Numbered from the stretch's first letter, positions 1 through 14,094 are shown. The stretch is 64,000 bases of DNA from an uncultured delta proteobacterium (GCA_963745025.1 CAVUWD010000006.1:352001-416000); one strand, 5' to 3'. Numbers and translations: made by a program. The notes: generated from the letters alone by a model not told the origin.

Positions 1-1853
1 CGAAGTCTTGTCAACGGTGGATTGTCGAGGAACGCCGTCAGCCGACCGCGCCAGTAAAGACATTCGATCTGCTGGCCCGGCTCTTTGACCGCGAACACCC
101 GCTCGTGCTCCTGATGGAACGCTTCGATCATCGCCGCCAGATCTCCCGGCCCATCGAAGCGTCCCTTGGCCAGCGGCACGTCCAACTCCCAAACCTGGTA
201 GGGATAGCGCGCCTCGACAAAGTACTCGGTCGAGAATCGCTTCAGCCCCTTTTCGCGCAGACGGGCCGAGAAGTGTTCGATCTGCGCCGAGATTTCCTTG
301 AGCGTTTCGTTCACCGCCGCATCGGGGAACTCGGCAGTGTACGCGATCCGGCTGATGCTGAAATCGGAGACGATATTGGAAAACTGGCCACCGCACGCGC
401 TGAGCGCGCCCGCGGTCGAGGGCACGAGTACCTGCCGGCATCCTAGTTCCCGCGCGATCGGTAAAACGTTGAGTCCCGCCGCTCCGCCGCCGGCTACCAG
501 TAATGCTTCTCGCGGATCGAGCCCCTGATTAATCGTGATGTCCTTGATCGCGCCGACCATGTGCTCGTTGGCAACTTCGATAATCGAGCGTGCCGCCGCC
601 TCTGCGGTGCCGCCGAGTCGCTCCGCGAGCTTGCCGACCGCATCGCGCGCCGCCGCCGTGTCGAGTTTCATCCGGCCACCGAGGAAGTAATCCGGGTCGA
701 TGTACCCGAGTACGACCGCCGCGTCGGTGACCGTCGGATTCTTTCCGCCGCGTCCGTAGCATGCGGGGCCTGGATCCGCGCCCGCGCTCTGCGGCCCGAC
801 GCACAGCAATCCGCCCGGATCGATCCGGGCGATCGAACCGCCACCCGCGCCGATACTCTTGACATCGACCGATGCCAAACCGGTGATATGACCGGTGAAG
901 GTTTCGCCCAGCCAGGTTTCGCGCGTGAACTTGATAAGCCCGTCGCGCACAAGACTCACGTCGAAGCTGGTGCCGCCGGTATCGCATACGATGATATCGA
1001 CCGGGCCGACCTCGGCGTTGGCATAGGTCCGGCCCGCCACCGGCGCCATCGCGGGACCCGATTTGACCAGATAGATCGGACGCTGCACGACGTCCTCCAG
1101 ATGCATCACACCGCCGAACGAAGTCGCGACCAGCAGTTCTCCCCGGAAGCCGGCGCGGGCGAGGTCGGCCTCCATGTCGTTCAGATGCGCCTGCATCAGG
1201 GGCTTCAGCGAGGCGTCGATCGCGGCCGACGACGCGCGCCGATATTCGCGAACGATCGGATTCAGCCGATGTGACAGCGTGTAGGGAACGCCGGGCAGCT
1301 CTTCTTCGATCAGCCGCCCGAGCACCTCTTCGTGCGCCGGATTGACGGGCGACCACAGCAGGCATGCCGCGATCGCCTGTACGCCGCGCCGACGCACTGT
1401 GTGCAGCACGTCGCGCGCCTGCGCCTCGTCGAGCCGGGTCACAACGCGGCCTTCGGAATCGACCCGTTCGCGAATCTCGAAAGTCAGCCGGCGCGGCACG
1501 TAAGGCTCCGGAAAGGATACCTGCAAGCGGAAGGGGTCGAGTTTGCCGCCCTCCCGCAGGACAAGGATATCGGGAAACCCTTCGGTGACGAGGAACGCGG
1601 TCCGGGCGGTCTTGCCCTCGACTATCGCATTCGTCGCCTGAGTGGTGCCGTAGATCAGCAGGTCGGCCTTCTCGAGCACCGAGGCGACGTCGCTCTTCAG
1701 CTGTTCGGCGACCACCTTCAGCGCGCCTTCGATTCCGCAAAAGATACGGTCTATAGTCGTCGGCGCCTTACCGAGAATCAGATTGCCGTTTTCGTCGGCG
1801 AGCACGAGGTCGGTGAACGTGCCGCCGGTATCTATTGCGATGCGGTATCCCAC
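1..1853 (-). CDS. Hydantoinase A / 5-oxoprolinase family protein (3' end runs off the window)
   Basis: Not in the ORF track because there is no stop in the window. Manual translation from GTG at 1853 gives MGYRIAIDTGGTFTDLV; the same frame near base 1 reads VEARYPYQVWELDVP...FHQEHERVFAV, typical of HyuA C-termini. Confidence 0.85.
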   Translation of the reverse strand, partial: MGYRIAIDTGGTFTDLVLADENGNLILGKAPTTIDRIFCGIEGALKVVAEQLKSDVASVLEKADLLIYGTTQATNAIVEGKTARTAFLVTEGFPDILVLREGGKLDPFRLQVSFPEPYVPRRLTFEIRERVDSEGRVVTRLDEAQARDVLHTVRRRGVQAIAACLLWSPVNPAHEEVLGRLIEEELPGVPYTLSHRLNPIVREYRRASSAAIDASLKPLMQAHLNDMEADLARAGFRGELLVATSFGGVMHLEDVVQRPIYLVKSGPAMAPVAGRTYANAEVGPVDIIVCDTGGTSFDVSLVRDGLIKFTRETWLGETFTGHITGLASVDVKSIGAGGGSIARIDPGGLLCVGPQSAGADPGPACYGRGGKNPTVTDAAVVLGYIDPDYFLGGRMKLDTAAARDAVGKLAERLGGTAEAAARSIIEVANEHMVGAIKDITINQGLDPREALLVAGGGAAGLNVLPIARELGCRQVLVPSTAGALSACGGQFSNIVSDFSISRIAYTAEFPDAAVNETLKEISAQIEHFSARLREKGLKRFSTEYFVEARYPYQVWELDVPLAKGRFDGPGDLAAMIEAFHQEHERVFAVKEPGQQIECLYWRGRLTAFLDNPPLTRL

Positions 1854-1974
1854 GCGGAAGTTCTCCTTGAAGCGCTATTGTGCCGTCGCGTGCGGCCAAG
1901 CAGGTGTTTCCCTCTGTAGCAAAATCTGCGTGGTCGACAAAACCAGCCCGCCGCCTCACTCGCTTTGACCCATC

Positions 1975-3540
1975 GTGAAAGCGCTGGACGTGGGTCGGTC
2001 GCAGTGGCAAGCAGGCGCGGTGAACGAGTACGGCACGATTCTGCCCGACGACGAGCACAATCGTCGCCTCGCCGCGAACGTCCGTCCGCCCGCCTACCGA
2101 AACCCGGAACCCGCGGAGCGCTACAACCTGGTCGTCCTCGGCGCGGGTACCGCAGGCCTCGTCACGGCAGCGGGCGCAGCGAGCCTCGGCGCCAAGGTCG
2201 CGCTGGTCGAGCGGCATTTGATGGGCGGCGACTGTCTCAACGTCGGTTGCGTGCCATCGAAGGCGGTGATCCGCTCGTCGCGCCTGCTCGCGGAGGTCCG
2301 CCGCGGCGCATCGTTCGGCGCGCGGAGCGACGGCGACGTGACCCTCGATTTCGCCGCCGTGATGGACCGCATGCGCCGCGTGCGCGCGCACGTCAGTCGG
2401 AGCGACTCCGTCGAGCGGTTTCGCGGGCTCGGCGTCGACGTCTTTCTCGGCGAGGGGCGATTCAGCGGTCCCGACACCGTCGAAGTCGCGGGCGAGACGC
2501 TCCGCTTCAAACGGGCCGTCGTCACCACCGGCGCGCGCGCCACCGCGCCGCCGATCGACGGTCTCTCCGAAGCCGGCTACCTCACGAACGAGACCGTCTT
2601 CTCGCTCACCGAGCAGCCGAGGCGTCTCGCGGTGATTGGCGCAGGTGCGGTCGGATGCGAGCTGGCACAAGCCTTTCGCCGTTTCGGCTCCGACGTGACG
2701 GCCTTCGACATCCTGCCGCAGATCCTCGGCCGCGAAGACGCCGACGCCGCCCAGCTCATCCGGCGCGTGCTCGAGCGCGAGGGCGTGCGCTTTGCGCTCC
2801 CTGCGCAGATTCGCGCGGTCGAGCGGGCGCCGGAGGGAAAGACGCTCCATTTCGCAGTCGATGGCCGCGACGAGCGGATCACCGTCGACGAGATCCTGAT
2901 CGGCGCGGGCCGCGCGCCCAACGTCGAAGGTCTCGGGCTGGAAAAGGTCGGCGTCGCGCTCGACGCGAAGCGTGGCGTCGTCGTCGACGACCACTTGAGA
3001 ACCACCAACTCGCGGATCTTCGCGGCCGGGGACGTCTGTCTCGAGTCGAAATTCACCCACGTGGCGGATTTCGCGGCGCGGATCGTGATCCAGAACGCCC
3101 TCTTCCTCGGCCGCAAGCGCGTCTCTGCGCTGACCATCCCATGGTGCACCTATACGGACCCAGAAGTGGCCCACGTCGGGCTCTACGAGCGAGACGCGAT
3201 CGCCCAAGGGGTCGCCGTCGACACGTTCGTTCGACCGCTCGCGGAGGTGGATCGCGCGGTGATCGACGGCGAAGAAGAAGGCTTCGTCAAGATCCACGTA
3301 CGGCGGGGCACGGACCGGTTGGTCGGGGCCACGATCGTCGCGAGCCACGCCGGTGATCTCGTGAGCGAGATCACGCTGGCGCTGACGGCCGGCGTCGGCC
3401 TCGGCCGCCTCGCCAGCGTGATTCATCCCTATCCGACCCAGGCCGAAGCGATCCGGCAGCTCGGCGACGCTTACAACCGCACCCGCCTCACGCCCTTCGT
3501 GAAGCGGCTATTCGAGGCGTGGCTGCGCTGGACGCGGTAG
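1975..3540 (+). CDS. Pyridine nucleotide-disulphide oxidoreductase (MerA/Lpd-like flavoprotein); true start may be near 2020
   Basis: GAGTAG FAD motif, redox-active GGDCLNVGCVPSK, GAGAVG NAD(P) motif and C-terminal HPYPT; no C-terminal Cys-Cys pair. Confidence 0.85.
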   Translation: MKALDVGRSQWQAGAVNEYGTILPDDEHNRRLAANVRPPAYRNPEPAERYNLVVLGAGTAGLVTAAGAASLGAKVALVERHLMGGDCLNVGCVPSKAVIRSSRLLAEVRRGASFGARSDGDVTLDFAAVMDRMRRVRAHVSRSDSVERFRGLGVDVFLGEGRFSGPDTVEVAGETLRFKRAVVTTGARATAPPIDGLSEAGYLTNETVFSLTEQPRRLAVIGAGAVGCELAQAFRRFGSDVTAFDILPQILGREDADAAQLIRRVLEREGVRFALPAQIRAVERAPEGKTLHFAVDGRDERITVDEILIGAGRAPNVEGLGLEKVGVALDAKRGVVVDDHLRTTNSRIFAAGDVCLESKFTHVADFAARIVIQNALFLGRKRVSALTIPWCTYTDPEVAHVGLYERDAIAQGVAVDTFVRPLAEVDRAVIDGEEEGFVKIHVRRGTDRLVGATIVASHAGDLVSEITLALTAGVGLGRLASVIHPYPTQAEAIRQLGDAYNRTRLTPFVKRLFEAWLRWTR

Positions 3541-3704
3541 CGCATCGAAATGCGTCGAGGCCGCGCCCGGCGTAGCCGCGTCGCGAGCACCAGGTTCTTC
3601 GCGATGCCGTGCCTAGAAGGCGCCGACGGCCTCGGTGACGGAAGCTCGTGGGGACCCGGCCAGGCGCGGACTCGACGCGTTCCGATGCGTGAGCAAATGT
3701 CGCT

Positions 3705-6125
3705 TCAAGGCTCGTCGATGAGCCCGGCGCGACGGGCGGCGGCGAGCGCAGCGATCGCGTCGACGCGCCGGATCACCGCTCGAAGCTCGCCGGCAAAGCT
3801 CGTCCGCCGCTCCGCGAGATCCGCAAGGCCTGCTTCGAGCAAGCCGCGATTTCGCGCCAGCCGGAGCGCGGCCGCGAACAGAACCTTCGAGACCGATTCC
3901 CCACTCTGAATCCGCCGCTGCAGCTGATATTGCTTGCCGCGCGCCAGGCATCTGGCAAAGAAAGCGGCCTCATCGAACACGGCCCCCGTGTCGAGTCGCT
4001 CGAGCTCGTCGCTAACGACCCGGTAGGCTTCGAGGAAGGGGCGCAGCACGCGGTGGGCGGTGAACGGGCGCGACCGGCGGACGAGCGCCTCGATCCCGGC
4101 CGCGCCGGCTCCGAGACCCGCCTCCCACCCCTCGTCGCGCAGGATCAGCTCGCGCCGAATCTCGTCGCGGAATCCGTCCTTGTCCGCGAAGAAGAACTCG
4201 AACTTGAGAAGGTCGCGCAGCCGCAAGGCCTCCGCCCAAAACTCGCCCGTCCGATCGGCGACGCCGCCCTCGGCGGCGCGCAGCAACGCGAGCTCCGTGA
4301 TCGCCGAGCTCACGAAGAAGTGAACGATCGTATTGCGGTAGTAGGCGGCCGTCAGATGCTGGTCGTCGCCGATCGCGTAGATCGGCTCGGGGCCCTCGGC
4401 GAAGGTCGAGACGACACCGCTCGCGACCAGCACCTCGAGCGCGCGGCGGACTCCCTCGGCGGTGTCGAGCATGAGCTCTTCGGTCTTGGGCAGGTTCCGG
4501 CGGCGCACGTAGTCGATCCAGTTGCGAAGCACCGTCACCGTCTCCTCGACGGTGAGCGCACGGTCGGCGCCGAGCAGTGCCAGCGTCACCAGCGACGTCG
4601 GCGTGATCGGCGTCACCCGGTTGATGCGGACGGCGACCTCGAAGGCGATCTTGGCCACCGCCACACTCTGCTCGTCCGCGTCCAAATCGACGCTCGGCTC
4701 GCGCTCGCCGAGCGCGCCGGCGAGCGACAGCGGCTCGCCGAAGCGAATGTGGATGTTGCCGAGGCGGCCCTGCAGGCCGCGTACGAACTTGACGAACCAG
4801 CCGAAGCCCTCGCGCTGCTTGGCTGCGCCGCGGCTCTCGGCGACGTAGTCGCCGACGTCCTGGATCTGGTCGTAGGCAATCGCCGTCGGAATCAGGTACA
4901 CGTCCTCGCTGCAGCCGCGGCGCAGCGAGTCGATCACGTAGGCGAGAAGGCCGAGCCGAGGTGGCAGCAGCTTTCCCGAACGCGAGCGGCCGCCTTCGAC
5001 GTACCACTCGAGCGAGAAGCGCTTCTCGATCAGGTAGTCGACGTACTGCCGGAGCACGAGCTTGTAGACCGCGTTGTCCTTGAAAGTGCGCCGGATGAAG
5101 AACGTGCCGCTGCGGCGAACGAGCGGGCCGACGGGAAAGAAGTTCATGTTGATGCCGCCGGCGGTATGGTTCGGCGGATGCCCGTTTTCGTGGAGCGCAT
5201 ACTGCAGCACGAGGTGATCGAGGTTCGACTTGTGGGTAGGGAGAAAGACGACCGGGGATCGCTGCGCCAGCGCGTAGATCTCACGGAGCTCGCCCCGATC
5301 GTAGTGAAGACGCTCTCCGTAGCCGCGGGTGTAGAGCAGGCGGATCAGATTGGCGGTGAGATCGATGACGTAAGGACTGTGCGTGGCCGCGATCTCGCGC
5401 AGATAGCGTGCCGCCCGTTTGGTGACCTGGACTTCGGGCTTGCCGAGCGTCCGAGCGAGCATGGCGACGCCCCCGCGAAATGCCGGCCGCGCGAGGATCT
5501 CTTCGTGAACGAAGCGCGGCACCTTGTAGCGCGAGCCGCGTAAGCGCCGCTCGGCCCGCTCGAGCGCGAGCTGCGCCTGGCGGACGACGAACTCGGCGAG
5601 ACTCTGGGTGGAGTCCGCTCCCGCCCGGCTCCAACGCGCGCGCAGCGCGGTGGCCGGCGCCGGCTCGGCGATCACGACCCGATACCGGTCAGGGTCTCGG
5701 CGCACGAGCCAGACCTGCCGAAAAACGCCCGGGTCGCGAGGATCGCCGACTGTCAGCAGATCGGAGAAGCGGACTTCGCGGACCCCGTCCTTCTCCGGCG
5801 GCAGCCACGCCACGCGGAGCGGTGCGAGTATCGGATCGTCCCCCACCGCCAGGTTCGCCTCGAGTTGCGGATCGAGCTTTCGGGCGCGCCGCCGGCGGCG
5901 CGAGGGTGGGATGCCGATCCTCTCGCAGCTCGTGGGGCTCAGCCCCTCCGGACGATGGCTCTCGATCCAGCGCTCGAGGATCCGCCGCTCGATCGCGCTC
6001 GAGGCGTCGAGGAGAAAGACGAGACGCCTGCCCGGAACGAACGGCCACGCCTGCTCGGCCGGCGCCGGCGCAGCCGGAGCCTCGCTCCTCGGCGACTCCA
6101 ACCCGTGTAGGCCCCCGATCTGCAT
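3705..6125 (-). CDS. plsB: Glycerol-3-phosphate 1-O-acyltransferase (PlsB type)
   Basis: PTHKSNLD (HX4D), FFIRR, EGGRSRSGK motifs and LRDLLKFEFFF C-terminal motif; likely start ATG at 6125. Confidence 0.85.
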   Translation of the reverse strand: MQIGGLHGLESPRSEAPAAPAPAEQAWPFVPGRRLVFLLDASSAIERRILERWIESHRPEGLSPTSCERIGIPPSRRRRRARKLDPQLEANLAVGDDPILAPLRVAWLPPEKDGVREVRFSDLLTVGDPRDPGVFRQVWLVRRDPDRYRVVIAEPAPATALRARWSRAGADSTQSLAEFVVRQAQLALERAERRLRGSRYKVPRFVHEEILARPAFRGGVAMLARTLGKPEVQVTKRAARYLREIAATHSPYVIDLTANLIRLLYTRGYGERLHYDRGELREIYALAQRSPVVFLPTHKSNLDHLVLQYALHENGHPPNHTAGGINMNFFPVGPLVRRSGTFFIRRTFKDNAVYKLVLRQYVDYLIEKRFSLEWYVEGGRSRSGKLLPPRLGLLAYVIDSLRRGCSEDVYLIPTAIAYDQIQDVGDYVAESRGAAKQREGFGWFVKFVRGLQGRLGNIHIRFGEPLSLAGALGEREPSVDLDADEQSVAVAKIAFEVAVRINRVTPITPTSLVTLALLGADRALTVEETVTVLRNWIDYVRRRNLPKTEELMLDTAEGVRRALEVLVASGVVSTFAEGPEPIYAIGDDQHLTAAYYRNTIVHFFVSSAITELALLRAAEGGVADRTGEFWAEALRLRDLLKFEFFFADKDGFRDEIRRELILRDEGWEAGLGAGAAGIEALVRRSRPFTAHRVLRPFLEAYRVVSDELERLDTGAVFDEAAFFARCLARGKQYQLQRRIQSGESVSKVLFAAALRLARNRGLLEAGLADLAERRTSFAGELRAVIRRVDAIAALAAARRAGLIDEP

Positions 6126-6149
6126 ATGACCGTCTACGGGATAAACCAG

Positions 6150-6325
6150 GCGCGAAGCGTCGCGCAACCGCTGGAGACCGAGAGTCGTCCGAGGGAGTCG
6201 ACGCGGTCGCGGCGCAGTGCGGGTTTGCCAGCGCAGGGGCCATGCGCCGCGCCTTCTTGCGGACGTTGCGGGCGCCGCGCCGAACGCATGCCGCATTCGC
6301 TTCCGCTCGGCGTGAAGGGCCGTAA
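6150..6325 (+). pseudogene. C-terminal HTH remnant of a GlxA/AraC-family regulator
   Basis: Reads ESSEGVDAVAAQCGFASAGAMRRAFLRTL, matching the AraC second HTH, with no N-terminal part or start. Confidence 0.55.
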
Positions 6326-6374
6326 ACGGCGAGGTGCGTTCCTGCGGAACCGGAGCGTCACGGGACGCGAAGCG

Positions 6375-7082
6375 CTAACCCAGCTCCTCTCCGACCGCTT
6401 CGCGGAGGGCGCGCCGGGCGATCCGCGTCACGAGCATGGCGACGAGCAGCGTGGCTGCCAATCCGATGCCGAGGACCGTGTAGTAGCCTGTGCCGCGCCC
6501 CGCCGATTGCCCGGCGCCGAGCGCGGCGACGTCGCCTGCGATCTTTCCGTAGTACACGTAAAGGATCGTGCCTGGGATCATGCCGAACGAGGCGAGCGCA
6601 TAGTCCGCGAGCCGCACCCGCGTCAGGCCGAGCGCGTAGTTGAGAAGCGTGAACGGGAATGCGGGCGAGAGCCGGAGCAAGAACACGATCCGCAGCCCCT
6701 GCGCTCCGACCGCGCGATCGATCGCGGCAAAGCGAGGGTTGCCGGCGAGCCGCCTCTCGATCGCGCCGCGAGCGAAGTAGCGCGCGACCAGGAATGCGCC
6801 GATCGAGCCAGCGACGGCAGCGATAAAGACGTAGACCGTGCCGCGTAGGAGCCCGAAGATCGCGCCGGCGGCCAACGTGAAGAGCACCGCAGGCGCCAGC
6901 GCGATGACGGCGACCGCGTAGCCGAGGATGAAGACGATCGGTCCCCATGCTCCTAGTGCGTCGACCCATGCCGCGAACGCAGGCACGTAGCCGCCCGCGC
7001 CCCGTCCGAGCATCGCGAGGACCGCGATCGCCGCGACCGCGACGAGCCCGCGGGCGGCCGTCGACCGGCTCAAGGATGCCAC
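6375..7082 (-). CDS. TVP38/TMEM64 (DedA/SNARE-associated) membrane protein
   Basis: Hydrophobic; LAAGAIFG, LLRLSPAFPFTLLNYALGLT and GMIPGTILYVYYG motifs. Confidence 0.85.
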   Translation of the reverse strand: MASLSRSTAARGLVAVAAIAVLAMLGRGAGGYVPAFAAWVDALGAWGPIVFILGYAVAVIALAPAVLFTLAAGAIFGLLRGTVYVFIAAVAGSIGAFLVARYFARGAIERRLAGNPRFAAIDRAVGAQGLRIVFLLRLSPAFPFTLLNYALGLTRVRLADYALASFGMIPGTILYVYYGKIAGDVAALGAGQSAGRGTGYYTVLGIGLAATLLVAMLVTRIARRALREAVGEELG

Positions 7083-7154
7083 GGGCTGCCGAGAAGATGG
7101 CGCGGCTCGAGGATCGGCGTCGACTTGCCGAGCCAGTAGCCGGTCACCGTCTTC

Positions 7155-8612
7155 TCACCCGAGCGATAGAAACCCGTCGCGGGCGAGCGCGAACCCGAGC
7201 CCCGGGAAAATGCCGAGCAGCACGGTGGCTGCGAGCGAGATGCCGATCGTCGTCGCGAGATAGGGCCGCTGGGCGAGCGACGAAGGCTCGAGGTCCCCCT
7301 CGCGCATGTACATCATGACGATGACCCAGATGTAGTAGTAGACGCTGACCACGCTGTTCAGCACGCCGATGACGGCGAGGCCGACGTAGCCGCTCTCGAC
7401 CGCGGCGCGGAACAGGTAGAACTTGCCGGCGAATCCGACCAGCGGCGGTACGCCGGCGAGCGACAGCATGAACGACCGCCATGGCCATCGCCGAGAAGCG
7501 GCTGGCGGAAGCCGATTCCCGCGTAGTCGCTCGATCTCCTCGTTCGCCTCGCCCGTCCGACCGAGCGCGATCACCACCGCGAATGCGCCGAGGTTCATCA
7601 CCGCGTAGGCGAGGAGGTAGAAGAGCAGCGCCGGGCCGCCCTGCCGCCCGCCCGCGACCATGGCGACCAGGAGGTAGCCGGCGTGGGCGATGCTCGAGTA
7701 GGCGAGCATGCGCTTGATGTTCGACTGCGTGATCGCCAGCAGGTTGCCGACCGTCATCGTCGCCACGGCGAGCCACCAGAGCACCGAATTCCAGTCCGCA
7801 CGGGTGGCGGCGAAGGTCGTCGAGGAACACGCGGGCGAACGCGGCGAACGCGGCCGCCTTCACGCCGACCGCCATGAACGCGGTGACCGACGTCGGTGCA
7901 CCCTCGTAGACGTCGGGCGTCCACACGTGGAACGGAACGGCGGCGACCTTGAAGCCGAAGCCGACGATGAGAAGCGCCGATACCGAGCATCAACATCTCC
8001 TGCCCCTCGCCGCCGCGGCGCGAGAGGTGTGCGGCGATCGCGTCGAGCCGCGTGCTCGCCGTCGCGCCGTAGACGAGCGCGATGCCGAAGAGCAGGAACC
8101 CGGTGGCGAACGCGCCGAGGAGAAAGTACTTGAGCGCCGCCTCGTTCGAGCGGACGTCCTGGCGCCAGCACGCCGGCCAGCACGTAGACGGCGATCGACA
8201 TCACCTCGAGGCCGAGAAAGATCACGATGAGGTCGGTCGCGCCGGCCATCATCATCATGCCGGACGTCGCGAACAGCACGAGCGCATAGTACTCGCCCCC
8301 GCGCACGGAGGTGGTCGTCAGAAAGTCGATCGCCATCAGCACGGCGAGAATGCTCGCGAAACAGAAGAGCAGATCGAAGAACAGCGCGTAGTTGTCGAGG
8401 ATGAAGCTGCCGCCGAGCGTTTTCGCCGGCTGGTGCCCCCAGAGAACCGCCGCCACGATCGCGGTCAGCGCGAGACCGAGAACCGACAACCAGGCGAGCG
8501 CGTCGCGGTCCGATCCCTCGAGGAAGAGATCCGCGACAAGAACGACGACCGCCGTGGCCGTGACGGCGAGCAACGGAAGCAGCGGCACCCAATCGACGAC
8601 AGGCAGGCTCAT
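7155..8612 (-). CDS. nuoN: NADH-quinone oxidoreductase subunit N (frameshifted in this sequence)
   Basis: Pieces in several frames: [10 protein letters not shown]...[54 protein letters not shown]. Confidence 0.9.
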
Positions 8613-10184
8613 AGCGATTTCCGCGCCGGCGCGGGGACGGTGACGCGCGCTTCGGTGATCGACCCGCCGTCCGCCGCAGCCGCCGCTCCAGAAGCATTCG
8701 CGCCTTTCTCGACGCGGGCGACGATCGCTCGAATCGACGGCTCCATGCGCGAGAGCAGCGGCTTCGGGTAGATGCCCATGAAGAACACGAGCGCCAGGAT
8801 CGGCGCGAAGACCACGATCTCTCGCGTCGAAGGTCCTCGAGGCCGCGGTTCTCCTCGTGGGTCACGGGTCCGAAGATGACCCGCTGGTACATCCAGAGGA
8901 GGTAGACCGCGCCGAGAATCACGCCGAGCACGGCCCACGCGGCGAAGCCGGGAGCACGCCCGAAGGCACCGAGCAGGACAGGAACTCGCCGACGAAGCCG
9001 TTCAGGCCCGGCAACCCGACCGACGACAGCATGGTGATCAGGAAGAACACCGAGAAGATCGGCACGATCTTCCAGAGGCCGCCGAAGTCGGCGATCTGCC
9101 GCGTGTGCCGGCGCTCGTAGATGATGCCGACCGCGAGGAAGAGCGCGCCCGTCGAGAGCCCGTGGTTCAGCATCTGGTAGACGCGCGCCCGACACGCCTT
9201 CGACGTTCATCGCGAAGCCAGCCCGAGCATGACGAACCCGAGGTGGCTCACCGACGAGTAGGCGACGAGCTTCTTCAGGTCCGGCTGCACCATCGCCACC
9301 AGCGCGCCGTAGACGATGCCGATCACGGCCAGCGCCACGATGTACGGGGCAGCCGTCGACGGCGGCCGCGGGGAAGAGCGGCAAGGCGAAGCGCAGGAAT
9401 CCGTAGGTCCCCATCTTCAGAAGCACGCCGGCGAGGATCACCGAGCCGCCGGTCGGCGCCTCGACGTGCGCGTCCGGCAGCCAGGTGTGCAGCGGAAACA
9501 TCGGCACCTTGATCGCGAACGCGAGCGCGAAGGCGGCGAAGAGCCAGAGCTGCGTCGTGACGCGCGATCGGCAGCTCGTAGAGCTTCAGCAGATCGAACG
9601 TCATCGCGCCGGTCGCCTCGCGGTGCAGCACCGAGAGGTAGAGGATCGCGACCAGCATCAGCAGGCTCCCGACCATCGTGTAGAGCACGAACTTGATCGC
9701 CGCGTAGACCCGCCGCGGCCCGCCCCACACGCCGATCAGCAAGTACATCGGCACCAGCATCACTTCCCAGAAGACGTAGAAGAGGAAGAGATCGAGGGCG
9801 ACGAGCGCGCCGAGCATCCCGGTCTCGAGCACCAGCATGAGGATCATGTACTCCTTCACGCGCCGGTGAATGTCACCGAAGGCGGCGAGCACGACGAGCG
9901 GCGTGAGCAGCGTCGTCAGGAGCACGAGGAACAAGCTCACGCCGTCGACGCCGAGCAGGTACTGAACCCCGAAGTCGGGCATCCATTGATGGCGCTCGAC
10001 CATCTGGAAGTCGCCACGCGCGGGATCGAAGGCCGCGAGAACGCCGAGCGAGATCAGCAACGGAACGATCGAGAAGACCAGCGCCGCGCGCTGAATGCAC
10101 GCGCTCGTCGCTCGGCAGAAAGCCGAGAAAGATCGCCCCGAGCGTCGGGGTGAAGATGAGGGCAGTGAGAACGATCTCGCTCAT
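8609..10184 (-). CDS. nuoM: NADH-quinone oxidoreductase subunit M (frameshifted)
   Basis: [59 protein letters not shown] across frames; start MSEIVL at 10184. Confidence 0.9.
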
Positions 10185-10200
10185 GGTCGGCGTCTCGATT

Positions 10201-12120
<1,920 letters not shown>

Positions 12121-12127
<7 letters not shown>

Positions 12128-12423
12128 TTGAGCAAGCTCAACTCGTCTGCGTTGACCGTGGCTCGGTTCCGGAACGAGGCGAGGATGATCGCCAGTCCGA
12201 CTGCCGCCTCGGCAGCCGCGACGGTCATGACGAAGAACACGATCACCTGGCCGTCCATCGAGCCGAGATGGCGGGCGAGCGCGACGAACGCCAGGTTCGC
12301 GGCGTTCAGCATCAGCTCGATCGACATGAAGATGACGATCACGTTCCGCCGCAGCACCACGCCGACCGCGCCGATGGCGAACAGCACCCCCGCGAGCATG
12401 AGATAGTATTCGACGGGCACCAT
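12121..12423 (-). CDS. nuoK: NADH-quinone oxidoreductase subunit K
   Basis: 100 aa, [12 protein letters not shown]...[12 protein letters not shown]. Confidence 0.95.
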
Positions 12424-12427
12424 CTCG

Positions 12428-12940
<513 letters not shown>

Positions 12941-12941
12941 G

Positions 12942-14068
12942 TCATTGGGCGAGCAGGATCACCACGCTCGTCAGGACGACGTTGGCGAGCGCGAGCGGCA
13001 GCAGCATCTTCCAGCCGAGCCGCATGAGTTGGTCGTAGCGGAAGCGTGGCAGCGTCCAGCGGATGAGGATCTGGAGCCAGCAGAAGAAGAAGACTTTGGC
13101 GAGGAACGCCACGACTTGGCCGACGACGATCACGAGGTGCGGGAGCGGAAGCCTTCCGCCCCAGGGAAAGGCGAAGCCGTCACGGCCGAGAAACGGGATC
13201 TGCCAGCCGCCGAAGAACATCGTCACCACGAGAGCCGAGACGAGCACGATCTCGGCGAAGTCGGAGAACATGAACGCCGCCTGCTTCCCGCCCGAGTACT
13301 CGGTGAAGTAGCCGCTGATCAGCTCCGACTCGCTCTCCGGCAGGTCGAACGGAACGCGCTTGCTCTCGGCGATGCCCGCCACGAAGAAGATCAGGAACGC
13401 GAACGGCTGGTAGAGGATGCCCCAGGCCGGCAGCCAGTCGAGCACCGGCTTGCCGAAGCCGAGGAAGCTACCGAGCCCGCTCCCCTGCGCGCGCGCCATC
13501 GCCTGCAGGTCGAGCGTGCCGAAGGTCAGGACCATCGACACGAGCGCGAGGCCCATCGCCATCTCGTACGAGATCATCTGCGCCGAGCCGCGGATGCCGC
13601 CGAGCAGCGACCAGCGGTTGTTCGAGGCCCAGCCGGCGAGCACGACGCCGTAGACGCCGATCGACACCATGGCGAGGATGTAGAGGATGCCGACGTTCAG
13701 GTCGGCGACCTGCAGCGATGATCGTCATGCCGCCGACGCGCAGCACGTCGCCGAACGGCACGCACGGCGAAGGTGACGAGGATCGGGAAGACCGCAGAGA
13801 AAGGGCGCGAGGAAATGCAGCAGGCGATCGGCGCCTTCGGGAACGATGTCTTCCTTGGTGAAGATCTTCAGCGGATCGGCCATCAGCGTGTTGACGAGCC
13901 CGGGTTGAAGGGCATGACACCGAAGATGTTGGCGCGATTGGCGCCGATGCGATCCTGGATCAGCGCGCAGCCCTTGCGCTCGACCCAGAGCAAGAACACG
14001 GTCAGCTGGAGCGTGATCAGCACGACGACCAGCGCCTTGACCGCCGCGATACCGACCTCCAATCCCAT
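12942..14068 (-). CDS. nuoH: NADH-quinone oxidoreductase subunit H (frameshifted)
   Basis: ERKGCALIQDRIG, GWASNNRWSLLGGIRGSAQMISYE, PFDLPESESEL, RWTLPRFRYDQLMRLGWK. Confidence 0.92.
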
Positions 14069-14094
14069 CCCGTCCGTCTCGCCCGTGTCCTACG

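Noticed and set aside
1975-3540. Mercury resistance (merA)
   Set aside because: It lacks the C-terminal Cys-Cys pair and N-terminal metal-binding domain, and no merR/T/P genes are nearby; it is a generic disulphide oxidoreductase.
529-5543. Long alternative-frame ORFs (529-1740, 1768-3426, 1965-3356, 3930-5543)
   Set aside because: Arg/Ala/Pro-rich shadow ORFs overlapping well-supported genes, expected at high GC. The same applies to 16550-18124, 51568-52695 and 56880-58403.
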